Part shown: piece by piece, positions 24,952-38,734 of the stretch
Position numbering within the stretch: the first letter of the stretch is position 1
Layout: the number at the start of each line of letters is the position of its first letter
NCBI RefSeq assembly: GCF_964204645.1
Contig: NC_134030.1
Coordinates: 14,006,656-14,070,655, forward strand
Reading direction: 5' to 3'
Origin: Tubulanus polymorphus
Taxonomy: Eukaryota; Animalia; Nemertea
Length of the DNA: 64,000 nucleotides
Position numbers and translations under genes: made by a program
The notes under the pieces: generated by a model
Database searches by the model: none
What the model was told of the DNA's origin: nothing
What the model saw: only the letters and a program-made list of their open reading frames with translations

Positions 24952-27900
24952 TTACAGAGCGAGTAGCCGTGGTGGTATAACTCTTCTCCCCGACCTGGTG
25001 TAAGTGGGTGGATCTGGACTGGGTTTCCGGAAGGTCAATTGCGGTCTTGTTTCATTTTCTTGCTCGTATAATTTAAGTCGGTCGAAATGCACTCGTTTAA
25101 TTTTCTCATCTTTGTGTATCTCATACACTACGTCATTCACTTTACGTTTGACTGTCCAGGGACCTTCCCACGGATGGTATAACTTTAGTGACATTCCCCG
25201 AGGGCAAGCGGGGTTATGAAGCCAGACTAATGCTCCGACAGAAAATGCGACTCCGGAGGCTTTAGTATCGTAGTTACGCTTCATTCTCCGAGTCCGAACA
25301 GTAGAATTGTGTCTTGCCAAATCGTGCGCTGCACGAATACGCTCTCTTAGTTCTACGGTGAACATATTTAAGCTACGAGAGCTTTCGTGAGGCGGGCCTT
25401 CATACATTAAGTCGATGGGTAGGCGAATCTCATGCCCGAACATCAGATAGTTCGGGGTGAATTTAGTCGAATCATGAACGGCCGATCGATAGGCCATAGC
25501 GATGAACGGCAATTGTTCGTCCCAGTCAGAGTGATTTTGATTCACGAACATTGACAAGCTATTAATTAGTGTCTTGTTCATTCGTTCGATCATGCCGTCG
25601 GATTGAGGTCTATAAGGGCAAGTTCTCGTCTTCTTAATTTCGAGAATCTTACATACCTCAGCCATGAGCTTAGACTCGAAGTTTGCCCCTTGATCGGTGT
25701 GCAATTCGAGGGGACACCCTAACTTACAGACGAAATGCTTTACGAACGCATCGGCGACAGTGAGCGCCTCTTGGTTCGGTATCGGAACGAATTCGACGTA
25801 TTTAGTGAAATAATCACCGATAACTAAAATATATGAATTACCATTATCGGTCTCAGGTAATGGGCCTAATATGTCCAGGGCGACTCTTTCGAGAGGTACA
25901 CCTGAACTTGAGGGTCGTAGTTCAGCCCTAGTTTTTCGAGCTGGACTCTTTCGCGTTTGACATTCGCGGCAAGTGACGCACCAATCACGAACATCTCTGG
26001 CTATGTTATTCCAGTAGAATCTATCGTGAATCTTATACAATGTTTTCTTGATACCGAAATGACCAGCTGTTTTTGTCGCGTGAAGTTGGTCGAATACATC
26101 TCGGTGGTACGGTTTTGGTAATAACAAGAGCGTCGACGTAGGCAAACCCGAACGCTCTTTTCTAATATATAGAACACCGTTGATAAGATGGAGTTTATCC
26201 CATCTAGCCCAAAGGAACTTTGTGGCTGAATTCTGCCCTGATACATTCCCCCAATTCGGCTTATCGTTACTCGGATTGAAATGGCGTATGGTCCACTCGA
26301 GGTCGGTGTCACGTTTTTGGGCTTGAGCAATAGAAGCGTCGTCCCAGTCTTCGCACGGCGAGAACTTTATGTGACATGCGCGTGCGATTTCAACCGCACC
26401 GGTCGCATTATATCGTCGCTCAGCCCTTTGACACTGCGAACATGACCGCCTCGACATTCCATCTGCGTTCGAGTGTAAGCGCCCTGGTCGATGTTCAATA
26501 CGAAATGCGAAACCTCCGAGTGTAGTTAACCAACGGGCTAGTTGACCCTCTGGCTCTTTGAAAGACATAAGCCACCGGAGTGATCCATGATCAGTTCGGA
26601 GGAGGAATTCTCGTCCTCCGAGATAGTGTTTAAAAGCCTTGATGAAGTGTACCACGGCAAGTAACTCGCGTTTCGTGACGCAATAGTTTCTTTGAGCTTT
26701 TGAGAGAGCCTTACTAGCATACATGATTACGTGCTCTTTGTTATCGCCGTGTACTTGCGATAATACTGCACCGATGGATTCGTTACTCGCATCGGTATCG
26801 AGAATGAATGAGAGTTTTGGGTCAGGATACGCGAGAATCGGAGCAGACACGAGCAGTCGCTTCAGAGCCTCGAAGGCGATCTGACAGTCGTTGTTCCACA
26901 AAAACTTCTTGCCTTTTTCGGTGAGTTTCTGAATTGGTCGGGCAATTTCAGCGTAACCTTTGACGAACGATCGATAATAGGATGAAAATCCTAGGAATGA
27001 CCTAGCTTCTTTGACACAGCCGGGGACCTTCCAACTAATGACTGCTTCGATCTTACTCGGATCGCATTTAATACCCTCTCCGGACACCAGGTGTCCTAAG
27101 AATGCAACCGAGGTCTGAAAGAAGTGGCATTTCCTAGGTTTCAGTTTGAGACCGGATTCTCGAAATCTCTGTAGGACCATTCTAAGATTTTTGATTGTAT
27201 CATCTAAATCGGATCCGAACACAATAACGTCGTCAAGGTAGATTAGACAGGCTTCGAATTGAAGGCCGTTCAATACTCGTTCCATGAGACGCTGGAACGT
27301 GGCTCCGGCGTTCTTGAGTCCGAAAGGCATTTTGACGAACTGGTATAACCCGTTATTCGGTATGGCGAAAGCCGTACGTTCTTTCGATTTCTCGTCCAAC
27401 TTTATCTGCCAATAACCGCTAGCCATGTCTGCGGTGCAGAAATAGCGGGTACCAGTGAGCGAGCGAAGAGAATCATCGATGCGAGGAAGGGGAAAGGCGT
27501 CGATAGGACAGAGGCTATTGACTTTTCGTAGATCGACGCAGAACCTCTGACTGCCGTCTTTCTTGGTAACAAGTACGACTTGTGATACCCAACTCGAACT
27601 AGAAGGTTCTATAATACCTTTTTCAAACATCTCTTTAACTTGTTTATTTGCCTCGATTTGCTTGTCGTACGCCATTCTTCGGGTCGATCACGGACCGGGG
27701 GTGACTCTCCAGTATTGACTACATGCTCTACCCCAGCGGCGGTACCGAGGTCGTAATCCGACTTCGCGAATACGTCCGCGAATTCACAAATCACGGCCTC
27801 GATTTTTCTTTTTTCGTCGGGTTCGAATCCCTTAGTACTTCTTTCGATCAGGTCTTTGACATGGTCTGGGATTTCGGGTTTACTAGAGTGGTCTGGCGAC

Positions 27901-28716
27901 CGACTATTCGTGACGTTATTCACTCGGAGTCCGTTATCTGGACAGGCAATTTTGGAAATCGGAGATATCTTCCCGAGTGTACAACCTCGAAAAACAGTTC
28001 TTGGTTGATCGGATAGATTGATTACTCGAATAGGAATAACCTCATTCTCCGTGTCTACGATTCCCTTAGCGGCCAAAATATGTTTTGATATAGTCTTCGA
28101 GACTGCCGGTTCCACGATAGCCCACTTCCCTGATGAAAGTGACTTTTCAGCAATACCGGGTAAAATTACTTCGCCCCCAGGCGGGACAGACACGTTCTTT
28201 AACGCCGCGACTCGGATGTCTTTATCCGGTGTCTTAATGGCACGTGTGTCAATGTACTGACGGCTTTTACTAACGACAGTACGACATTTCGGATAGATCT
28301 GACAATCGAAATGCGACAAAAAAATCCATGCCGAGAATACCGTCTTCGGTGATATCAGCTACGATCAGATCCCAAACTACTGTCTGGTCGAATATTTCAA
28401 TCTTCGTCGTGATCTTACCGAGCACATTTAGATGACTATTATTAGCCGAAATTAGCTTCGACTGGCAAGGCAATAATCCCGGTCTTTCTTTAGACGGGAT
28501 CTCATAATAACTACGAGAATTCAGTATGGAAGCGCAGCTTCCAGTATCAATAAGATAATTCATAGGAACATCGTTGATCTCAGCGGTATATTGTAACGAG
28601 TCCGAACTTCCGGATATAATTACCTTATTAACTTCTAATTCGACAGCATGCGAGAGATTTAGGGTTTTCTGAGCAGTCGATCGAACTCTCACTGCATCGA
28701 CTGCTGGGAGTTTCCC
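24952..28716 (-). pseudogene. pol: pol of element B (PR-RT-RH-IN; frameshifts ~28320 and ~27680)
   Basis: LIDTGS, YLDD, DTDAS, HATKTAGH...CREC, DDE and GPW motifs across three ORFs. Slippery GGGAAAC at 28716-28710. Confidence 0.95.
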
Positions 28717-29903
28717 GCCGAACCGTTCGAACCTCGAAGTCGTGGGCAATTCGACTTGAAGTGTCCGAACTCTTTACAGTGGAAACATTATACACGTGAA
28801 TAATCTCTCTTTGGCCTTGCGTCAAAGCGACTTCGTTCGTTAGGACGTTGCTGCGCTTGTAAAATGTTTTCGAATAACGAGAACATCTTCGAAAATTCGG
28901 ACTTGATCTCGGCCCTGAACTGTTCGACTCCACTGCCGACTCGAGCGCCATCTTTGACTTCTCGTACGAACTTCTTAGTTAAGCCATCGCGTTCGTCTTC
29001 GAGACGACGATAGCCTTCCAATTCTACCGCCATAGAGACTAATTCATTCAGGGTTGTACATCTACTTTGATATAAAGCCATTCGAAGTTCTCGATCGTCT
29101 AGCGCATCGAGGAAATGTGTCTTAATTAAACGATCTAGCTGTTCGGGAGGCATATCAGGGTATGCGAGCAAAGCTTTGGCAGAGAGGTCTTGCGACAATT
29201 CTCTGAGCGACTCCCCTCGTTTACGTCTTCGATTTCGTAATTCGGCTAAATACAGCTCGGCCTGTTGTCCAGGACCGAACCGACTTTCTAACGCATGGCA
29301 AGGAGTATCGAAATCGACTCTCTCGTCAGGTCGGAGAGTACAGGCTAGTTGGCGAGCTGACCCACGCAAGTGAGTGAATAAATACTCGGCTTTCATATAA
29401 CCCGTCCATCCATTTATGCGAGCTATGGAATTGAAGACGGTAATATAATCGAGCCATGACTCGTTCCCAGAATAATATTCTGGTTCGACTCTCCCGAACC
29501 CTCTCGGAGTTATAGGATTGGGTCTATACATCTCGAATTCTTGTTGGCGGGCGCGGCGAAAGATTCGAGGAGTATTCAAAAATGCGCCTTGGTCTTCGTG
29601 AACATCATCGGGTACACTTGAATCTTGCGGGATGTTTCGTGTCTTTCTCATCGTGGATCGTGGGTTTGAACGAGATATAGCTTCGTTCAAAGAGTGGAGT
29701 TCTCTCTCTATTAGGTCTCTTGAGGCATCGGGTTCAGCCCCCCTAAGTCTATTTTCCTCGGATAAAGGCAAAACAATAGAGTCGCCGCAGGCAAGTGAGC
29801 GTTCGCTCGATGGGCGGTCACTAGAGATTTTATCAGAGGCATTTCGACCGTCGGGGTTTTTCGTGGACAGGTCAAATTCGAGCGGATTGCTTCGAGTTTT
29901 CAT
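28689..29903 (-). pseudogene. gag: gag of element B (premature TAA at 28790-28788 just before the CCHC knuckle)
   Basis: 371-aa ORF. Reading through the stop gives CFHCKEFGHFKSNC...AGNSQQSMQ*. Confidence 0.9.
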
Positions 29904-30025
29904 TTTTAGCTTTCAGTTCCTGAATCGTGGACATAGAAATGCATGTAATATTCTTGTTGAATAAAATTCGACTTGTTACTTCAATTATGCGTTCAGACAT
30001 GGAGTATTCGAGCAAAAAAACGACG

Positions 30026-30043
30026 ATCCCACCGCTGCCACCA
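30026..30043 (-). promoter_or_regulatory. Primer binding site, tRNA-Leu (element B)
   Basis: Same 18-mer as the PBS of A, 3 nt from the LTR end. Confidence 0.9.
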
Positions 30044-31629
30044 ATTTGTAGCGGCATGGGATCGACAGTATATACTTCATTAAATCTTGGTAGCGAGAGC
30101 AGGTAAGTCCAGAATAGGTCCGCTACAGGTGGGTACGCCTAGGTCGATTCTGCCCCTGGAGAGGACAGAATAAGGGGTCAATGACCGCCCTAGGACAATC
30201 GTCGAAAAATACTATGCGATTTGCTAACTCGTGAGATTCGATTCGGTTTCCCGCCTAAACATAACTCTGACCAGTACAGTCGGTCGAATTTCTCAAGAAC
30301 CACAGCCGGAAGTCACCACCTTTCGTTACGTCGGCCATTCGTAATCGAATCGACTCCGACCGTAAATTCGAGAGAAACTAAAAATAGGCGATCGGTTTCT
30401 TCGACTATACAATTCAAGTGCAGTCTGAATTTTATTCCGGTTTCCATAAGCTCTACCGAATCCCACTGAATCTCGCGACAGTCATAGGCAAATAAGGCAA
30501 TCGCATTACTAGAATATCATGCTCGAATATATATATACTCCGAAAAATCGAACGCATAATCAAAAGAAGTAACAATTCATAGTTAAAAATGACATGTATG
30601 AATATTTATTGATTTATTCAGGTCGAGAATCGTGGCGAAATGAACAGGCTATTAGGATTTGACTAGGCCTCGGACCTCCGAGCGATCTCGGGTCGAGAGG
30701 CGGCAAGGGCGAATATCCGACTTCGAGAGAAACCCGCGTTGTCAAGACAACGCAGATTACCCGAGTCATGATTCGAGAGAATTCGCTCGAAGCTCAGGCG
30801 ATGAAAGTCTTCGAGCGAGAAAAGGTAGAGACTAATACTCGAGGCGAGTCCACTCGAAGTCGAATAAACGTAATTCATACGGGATAAAAGGCTATGATGT
30901 TCTTCCATTGCAGTGATCCTTGGTCGGATTCTCCTTTGATTTCGGGTTCAGACGAAGTATTCGAGCGGGGCCGGAGCCCTGTCCGAGGGACGTGGTTTGA
31001 AATGACTTATCGCATCATTCCGGGGTCAATACAGACCTGAATAAGGCAATTAGACTGTGCGTCTGGCGATTTTTAAGAGATCGATTATTCAGCGAGCGAT
31101 TACAACCTCTCTCAACGTGTCTCAAACACAGAATGTCAGAAATGCGGTTCTGACCGCTCTTAGATAGGCCGCCTTCTACGTTGATTGGCTAATAGGCAAA
31201 TTACTGCGCGAAAAAAAATGCCGGCGCACGCGGCTTTGGGTAGGCGTACATGACTGGAATTTTCGATGAACTATCTCGAAATCAATCCTCGTTTGGATAT
31301 TTGCTATTAAAAGAGCAGAAACCCTTCACGGAAAAGACTTGGCAATATCCCAGGTAAAAGGAACTATTCCGTAAAACGGCCGTCTACGATGAGGTGATAC
31401 GGCACTTCCGTATTTCAGCGATTTTGAATAGTGCGGCTCTGAATTGGCGAGTTTTCCTCAAAAGACGGATATAATGCTATCGCGGACTGGTCATCAGGTC
31501 TGAAGGTTGGTTCCATGGTCAATCTCGCCACATGACTATAGTACACTATCCGATGGAATAATAAGCTCCACTCCTCGACAAACTCGTTCCCGTGCATTTT
31601 TATCTCTCTGTTTCACACACACAGCCCCT

Positions 31630-34600
31630 CGGTTCCTGAACTTCGCTGAAAAAGCTGAAACACTGAAAAGCTGAAACGCTGAAATAAAAACGCTGAAATT
31701 TCAGGGAATTTCCGAAAAACGCCGAAATTTCAGGGAATTCCCGAAAAACGCTGAAATCGTGCTAGGTACCGACAATACACGTTTTGAAATTCTTTCCGGG
31801 CCGGTGTCCGCTGCCGAGTCCTGAACCGTCTTTTAGACTCTACCTTCGGTTACAGAGACATGCCTTGAGGTCGTCGTCATGTTCGACTTGATCGATTGCG
31901 GATTGCGTGGATTGTTAGATGTGTTTTTTGTTTTATGCGCATATACCGGTACGATCTAACAATGAAATTATCACTCCATTTGAATAAATTCTTAATTACA
32001 GTAATATTAATTCTCAATATTTTTTCTTATATTTGGTGATTTCTTCCAACTTATCATTGCCAAGTCTCATACAAAAGTAGTAGCTGAATGAAAGTACAGT
32101 AGTAAGGCTGAACCTGATAACCCAAATTAAGTGCTATCATGGAACTTATGACTACTTTGATTCTATTTTGGTGTGAATAAAGGTTCAACCGTCATAGTAT
32201 ACTGTACTTAGCATTACTACGATTGGGTGCCATATTTCTACAATCTCTTCAAGGAAGGAGTCTTGGAGTGTCTTTCGTTCCCGGGTAGGCATCCTCGCTT
32301 GCCAGGAGACCAGTATCGCTCCCAAACTCGCTTCCACCTGCCCCCTGGCCTCACGACGCGCGATTTCATTACCGGCGTTTTAGCGAATGACGTCATATAT
32401 CAACACGCGACAATACTTCCGTTTTCGCTACGTGTTCGCTGATTGGTCCATTTACCGGGAAATTCCATAGATGCCAAATGTCGTTTGTAACAAGCGCTGT
32501 GATTGGCCCGACCTGATTCTGGTCGTCTAGTAACGACTCGAGGTCAAGCGGTTCGGAGAACAGCTTTAGTCAAGTTGGTTCGAATCCCTTGACAGGTGAA
32601 GATGCCGGGTAGGGTACGGGGTAAAACCTGGTTTACTTTCTCTGTCTACTTGCTGGAGACTACTATCTGCAATGTATTGCAAGTTTTTATTTGTTTGGCT
32701 TATGAGAGTCGAACAACGTTTTCCCATACACAGGCTTGGCTTTAGTACTAGATGAAGGCTAGGCACTGCACATTGTGGATTGACTGGAACTCTAAACTCA
32801 CAAAATTAAACGAGTCAACAAGAAAGATCCAATAATTTGACGTTTGTCTAATTATATTATTTAACAGCTTAAAATAATACTTAACACATTATAAGAATAC
32901 ACAAAAGAAATCAGTTCTTACATTATATCAGAATCAATAGTTCGCTTAACTCGGGCTTGAATTCTGGTTCCATTGCTTTATATTCTAATGAAATTCACTA
33001 GCATACCTTAGAATATTGCTTAGCTTAAGATAAAAAATTTGGTACCAGGAAAACGGGGAAGTAAAGTGGGTGTACTGTACATCCCCAATTGACTTATTTC
33101 TCTCTGGTTGAATCAAGTTATTACTGAAATAGCATTCGAATAGCCATTTTGTTTTTAAAAATTGTGTCATTCAGCTATCCTGCTGCAAATTTCGCAGTTC
33201 AAGTTAACTAGTGCCATCTGATTTCTCAGTATCTCCAATTTGCACATTCTTAGCCCGAGTCTAAAAATAGAAAAAAAGTGCATTTAAAGTAGGAAATAAA
33301 AGAATAGTGGCTAACACACTCTGGAGATATAGCCTATGGGGTGGGCCTAGTTTGAAAGCACTGAGGTCCGAGGGAACAGCACTTAGTAAATAAATACTGA
33401 AATCAAACTTACAAAACACCCAATACTTGAGATGATGTACTTGACAAGAAGTGTGTCCAGCTGAGCAAATCAACTTTATCTATGACTCCTCCTTTTATAG
33501 ATACCGTAGTAGTCTAAAAATAAGAATCGGTACATTTTTCTAACAGTTGGTATGTCATTTAAAAAAAAAAAACCTATTATTATCACAACACAGCAAATAA
33601 ATTACAGTTGTTGAATGGTTTGCCCGATTTAGATTAATTGGTTGACGCTAATTAGTATGACCTATAAGTAGGGGCCTACTGCATGTCATTGGCGTCAATC
33701 CATTCCATTCCACGGTGAATTAAAAAGAAATTTAGTTAGATCCCTTTTGTCCAAAAGCTGCATCATTTATATAACTAGCTGTCAAATTTAATTTACCTCC
33801 TTCAGAGAATACCATAGGGCATTCCTTTACTTTCGCACCGCACTATGTTCCACTCTGTCTACGTCCTTCAAACTTATGTCACTGGTGTATTTTTGTATGA
33901 GGAATCTTATGGTGAAGTCCGTTTTTTAATATCTCCAACAGAAAATAAAATTCGCTTTTTTTTCACAGGTAATGGTCATCTCGTCAGCAATTATTTTTTG
34001 GTTGTGTTAAAAAGTCGTAATAGGATCAATTCATTTCAATTGATTTTATTGATACAGAAAAGTATGAAAAATATTTCAAGTATTCAACATCTAACAAATA
34101 ATGTTTGTAAATGTGTAACGTTGTTCATAAAATCCTAAAAATAAATTTACAATTTTCCTTAAATAGGTTGTTTTTCTTTTTGATATGGGAAAGTCACACG
34201 GGCGGCTACTGGGATCCTGGGCATCTCTTCTGTTTTTATACAATGTAACAAATGACTGAGTGACAGATCATGATCAAAGGACTTTTAGTATATATATATA
34301 TATAACAATGTATAAACCCACGGCAGTTCACTGCTGTGGGAATGAGATGAATGAGACAAACCCACAGCAATAGTTTAACAACCTGTGGAAAATGCCGCCG
34401 ATGCCATCAATTTCCAAAATGAATAAATACTGAAAGTAAAAATGCCCTCGCATCATACGTCTCAAGATGGCTCAAGCCGGAGGACAGTGGCCAATTTTAT
34501 CCGCTGTGACTCGACGAGAGGCACGTATATATTGTATATTTGTATATTTTCATTTTCTGTATCATGTATGTTTCTTAGGCATCATTGACCGTTTTATTAA

Positions 34601-35387
34601 TCCAATAATAATAATCATTTTTTCTATTCTATTCCAAAAATGTGTCTTTTTAACTGTTTCTGTCGGTAGTTAGTAAGACCGGAGGCCATAGTCCGACTTT
34701 TACTGCTTCCCAACATGGCGACCATTTGCAGCACGTAAAAACTGGAGGAAGAAAATTTTATAAAAAAGCGAATTTTATTTTCTGTTGAGAGATATTAAAA
34801 AACGGACTTCACCATAAGATTCCCCATACAAAAATACACCAGTGACATAAGTTTGAAGGACGTAGACAGAGTGGAACATAGTGCGGTGCGAAAGTAAAGG
34901 AATGCCTACCATAGTCCGTCGCCCATCAACGTGTTGACAAAAGAAAAGTTGCTTATAATCCTGTTTTATACATGAACGATAGAAGTAAACCATATTCTTG
35001 GAATATTGAGCATAGTGTTTAAGTTGGCTTGCACGGTTTGTGAATGGGTTTTCCTCATCATGCTGCCTGTATGCATTAAAAATCCGGATTTCAAGCGAAT
35101 TAATTTGTTCAACATGTGGCCCTCTAGAAGTATACTCCACACATACTGCCCATGCATGTCTCTGTAACCGAAGGTGGAGACTAAAAGACGGTTCAGGACT
35201 CGGCAGCGGATACCGGCCCGGAAATTATTTCAAAACGTGTATTGTCGGTACCTAGCACGATTTCAGCGTTTTTCGGGAATTCCCTGAAATTTCGGCGTTT
35301 TTCGGAAATTCCCTGAAATTTCAGCGTTTTTATTTCAGCGATTCAGCGTTTCAGTGTTTCAGCTTTTTCAGCGAAGTTCAGGAACCG
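31630..35387. mobile_element. Non-autonomous TIR transposon, MULE/Mutator-like
   Basis: ~235-bp TIRs (CGGTTCCTGAACTTCGCTGAAA...) with internal GCTGAAA repeats. 9-bp TSD ACAGCCCCT at 31621-31629 and 35388-35396. No transposase ORF. Superfamily inferred from TSD and TIR length. Confidence 0.85.
33818..34906. mobile_element. Nested MITE, Merlin-like
   Basis: ~145-bp TIRs starting GGCATTCC. 8-bp TSD TACCATAG at 33810-33817 and 34907-34914. GG termini with an 8-bp TSD fit Merlin; superfamily tentative. Confidence 0.8.
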
Positions 35388-38310
35388 ACAGCCCCTCTAC
35401 CATCAATGCCTAACCCCTGTTCGACCAACTGTGGGCGTTTTCCTTTGAAACATAAGCCTAATTGTAGAAGATAAGCATTAATCTATGTTAATGCTGCATC
35501 TTTATCATGAAACCTAAGAAAGATTATTCTATTATTTAGGAATCACGCTTTGTGACGAAGAAATTGGTTCTAGGCTATAAATTTTACGACTCAAACGAAT
35601 CTTTTCCTCAACAAAGCCGCTTTTAGTTTGATGCAAAATGAAATTTGCTTTTAAAATGTGTAACTAGGCCTAATCAAAAGGATATTTCAAAAGCAAACTT
35701 TGCCGGGCCAAGAGCCATATTGAATTCAATTTTTTCCGAACCATTATGCCTCTTTCATCATAACATTATTTATCCTATTTCAAGATCTTAGGCCTACAAG
35801 TAGAGAGAGGGCCTACGTCGGGTTCAAATCGGAATTTTATGATTTATTTCATTTAATTCCAGGTTTTCACTGTAGATTATCAAAGACATGTGGCGTTGTG
35901 GGAGTTCATAGTTGTTTGATGATCCATCATTTGTAAGTGTAAGGCTATTTGAGGGATTCGAAACCGACATTTTGTAAATTTTGTAGCTTTATTACGTTTA
36001 ATTCCAGATTATCATGACACGTTTCATTATGGGGGTTTGTCAGCGAGTTGGTATGCTGTCGACAGAAGTAGTTTGATAATTCGTTTCATGTAAGTAAACA
36101 GCTATTTGAAGGATTCGAAACCGAAATCTGTATTGTGAATTTTTTAGTTGTATTTTGTTTGATTCTAGGTGAATAGGACATGATTCATTTTGGGAGTTTG
36201 TACCCGAGTTTGTATACTGTCAAATGAAGTTTCTTCGTCAATTTGTCGTATGTAAGTATCAATCTATAGGTTATATAGGCCCTATTAGGTGTTCGATACA
36301 GAAATTTTGTGAATTCCTCAGATTTATTTTAATTTATTCCAGGTTGTTATCAGAAAAATATGTACTTTATTTCATAGGTTGGTCTTTGATTGAAAACTAA
36401 AAATGGATGATAGTTCTAAATTTGATGTTGATTCACATGACCAATCTAGTAAGTATGGCTCACTCGTCTTTTAGAATAAGAGACCTACTGCATTAATCCT
36501 TCAATTCAAGTTGCTATACAACCTTTTATACAGATATTTACCTTATCAATATAAACATGTTTTTGCCATTAGCCATACAATTCAGTAAAACTTTTCCCGT
36601 CCAGATTTTGAAACATCATTTGACTCAATTTTTCCTCCTAGAAAATTGCTTTAGCTCATTCCAATGTTCGCAGTAAAAGTGAATGTAGCATGTATGATTC
36701 CCATCCATCAATTTTGTCTTGTTTCGTATTTTTAGCGAAAATCTCGAAAAATCTTGACGTCGAGGCAGGTGGTGGCCAGACAAAGACATATTCTTGGGAA
36801 ATATTTAAAGGCGCATGGCAAACACACTTATTGTTCAATTTTTTCCTATCCTTATTTTGAAATCGAAGTATTGTAATAAACTATTGATTTATTTTTGTTG
36901 ATCAACGCAACTAGTTTTGTTGTTTTCTTTCTTAATTTACAAACTGACTTCACAGAATTTGATTATGAGTCAAGGATTTTCTAAATTTCTGAATGCTTTC
37001 TCTGGTTTTAAGATCAATTCAAATTCAATCTTCAAAATATTTTATTGAAAGAAATTCTACTGAAGACAGATTTTGAAATGAAGGATATATCCAGGCAAAT
37101 GATTATAGCAAAATCAACTGATGATCATCAAGGTGAAGTTTTCATTCATCTTCGGCTAATTTGTCTACCCCTGATGATTGAAGCATTTTGGTTACTCGTG
37201 CCAATTAGTCAGCCACAGTCGATTTTCATGCCATCTGACCTCTTTCCATCTGTAATTAAGCAATCAAATGTAAGAATTACTTAGGTAAGGAGCGAAATAA
37301 TATATAGATATCTTAGGAGACTATTTGAAATCATGAGTTTGTTGTGAAAATCTATTACTACAGTCTCGTAGAGCATAGACACCAAGCCACGTGGCATTGG
37401 TATTTTAAGGGCTATTCAGTTTACTCCAAAACAAGTCAATGATTAACATTAAAAAAGCTTCGTATCAAGGGTATGTCGACTCGTGACGCCCATGAATTAT
37501 CATCCCATAATTACAATGAAGCCAATTCTGCATGTACATTAGCACGACTGATTACTAATCCAAATATTGCATTACAAAAAAAAAAAATTACGCAAAACGT
37601 CAAGTACTTACAGCATCTGAGACAGTTGCGCTTAAGTTAGCGTGTTAAGTTACGTCTTTGGCTGTCAATGTCGAAAAAGCCTAATTTGAAACATACATTT
37701 GCGCACTGTGGTTTAATATTCCTGCAAGAATCCGCAAAGGAATTGAAGACCGTAGTGACTAGTTCATTCCACGAATAATAGCTGGAAAGAAAGTAATCAA
37801 AATAAATTGTCATGCACATTCAGTGTAAACCAGGCCATAACAAGCTGCTATTAAGGCATTCCACTGACTGGCTCTACCATTATATTTAGGGCCTAAATCT
37901 ATTCTAGGCGCATCCCCCAAAAAAGCTAGGCATTAATTAAAGAAATCATTTAATACATTCCCTGGTTAACGGATTCTCACCTTAAAATACATAAACTCCG
38001 CTGTCGTTGTCATCGATCCGAGTCGTCAACTGAACGCGGAAGTAAAATTCCGTGCGAAAATTCCTACAATTTCTGTCCATATCACGTTGATTTGACCCCG
38101 AAATCTTCAGGAAATGTAGCCAACGTAAATTGATTTACGAATAGAATTAATCAATTTTATTTTAGAAATCATGGTTTCGTGAAATTCATTAGGGTCCTAA
38201 AACTTGCGATAAATTTAAGCCGAAAATGATTTCAACCATCCACCATGTTGTTTCATTAATAAAACAATTATTGCGCGCCGGCGCTGTACTGTGATAATGC
38301 ATGGTTTCAC

Positions 38311-38370
38311 TAGGATTCGAACCCTCGACCTCTCAGTTGGGAGTCAAACACCTTATCCACCATGCCACAG
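38311..38370 (-). other. tRNA-like head (A box and B box), probable SINE fragment or tRNA pseudogene
   Basis: Minus strand reads TGGCATGGTGG...GACTCCCAACTGAGAGGTCGAGGGTTCGAATCC. No clean acceptor stem. Confidence 0.5.
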
Positions 38371-38619
38371 AGGACAGGACGCTGTTTTTATCGTTAGTGG
38401 GAGTACCGGACAGGGCGAGTCGCGATTGCTACTATCATCCGGTGTTATCTTTCAGTAAGTAATTTTAAGTTTAAAATAGCACGGAGAGTGCATAGGTATA
38501 ATCTACGCGGAGCGAATGCGTGTTATATTACTATCAGAATTCTACATTTCAATTAGAAGCAGTTGTCGAATCTGATAGAAGATGAATTTTATGTGCGAAA
38601 AAAAAGTGGAAAATATGTA

Positions 38620-38734
38620 AATAATAATAATAACAATCAACAGAATTAAAAAAGGGTTTTCGACGAAAGTCAGAAAACCCTAATAATCACGCGAATTTCA
38701 ATAGGGTTTTCTGTGAAGCAACAGAAAACCCTAA
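38620..38734 (-). mobile_element. Two adjacent Helentron-type terminal hairpins
   Basis: (AAT)n followed by AGGGTTTTC...GAAAACCCTAA twice, resembling 13330-13413. Confidence 0.5.

Larger units (their letters stand above)
23867..31629 (-). mobile_element. Ty3/gypsy LTR retrotransposon B (3' LTR and PPT deleted; start of 5' LTR uncertain)
   Basis: The LTR ends ...CCGCTACA (30047), followed by the Leu PBS, gag, pol and ORF3 on the minus strand. The right boundary is set at the MULE insertion and is approximate. Confidence 0.9.

Noticed and set aside
38311-38370. Functional tRNA gene
   Set aside because: A and B boxes are present, but the acceptor and anticodon stems do not pair convincingly.
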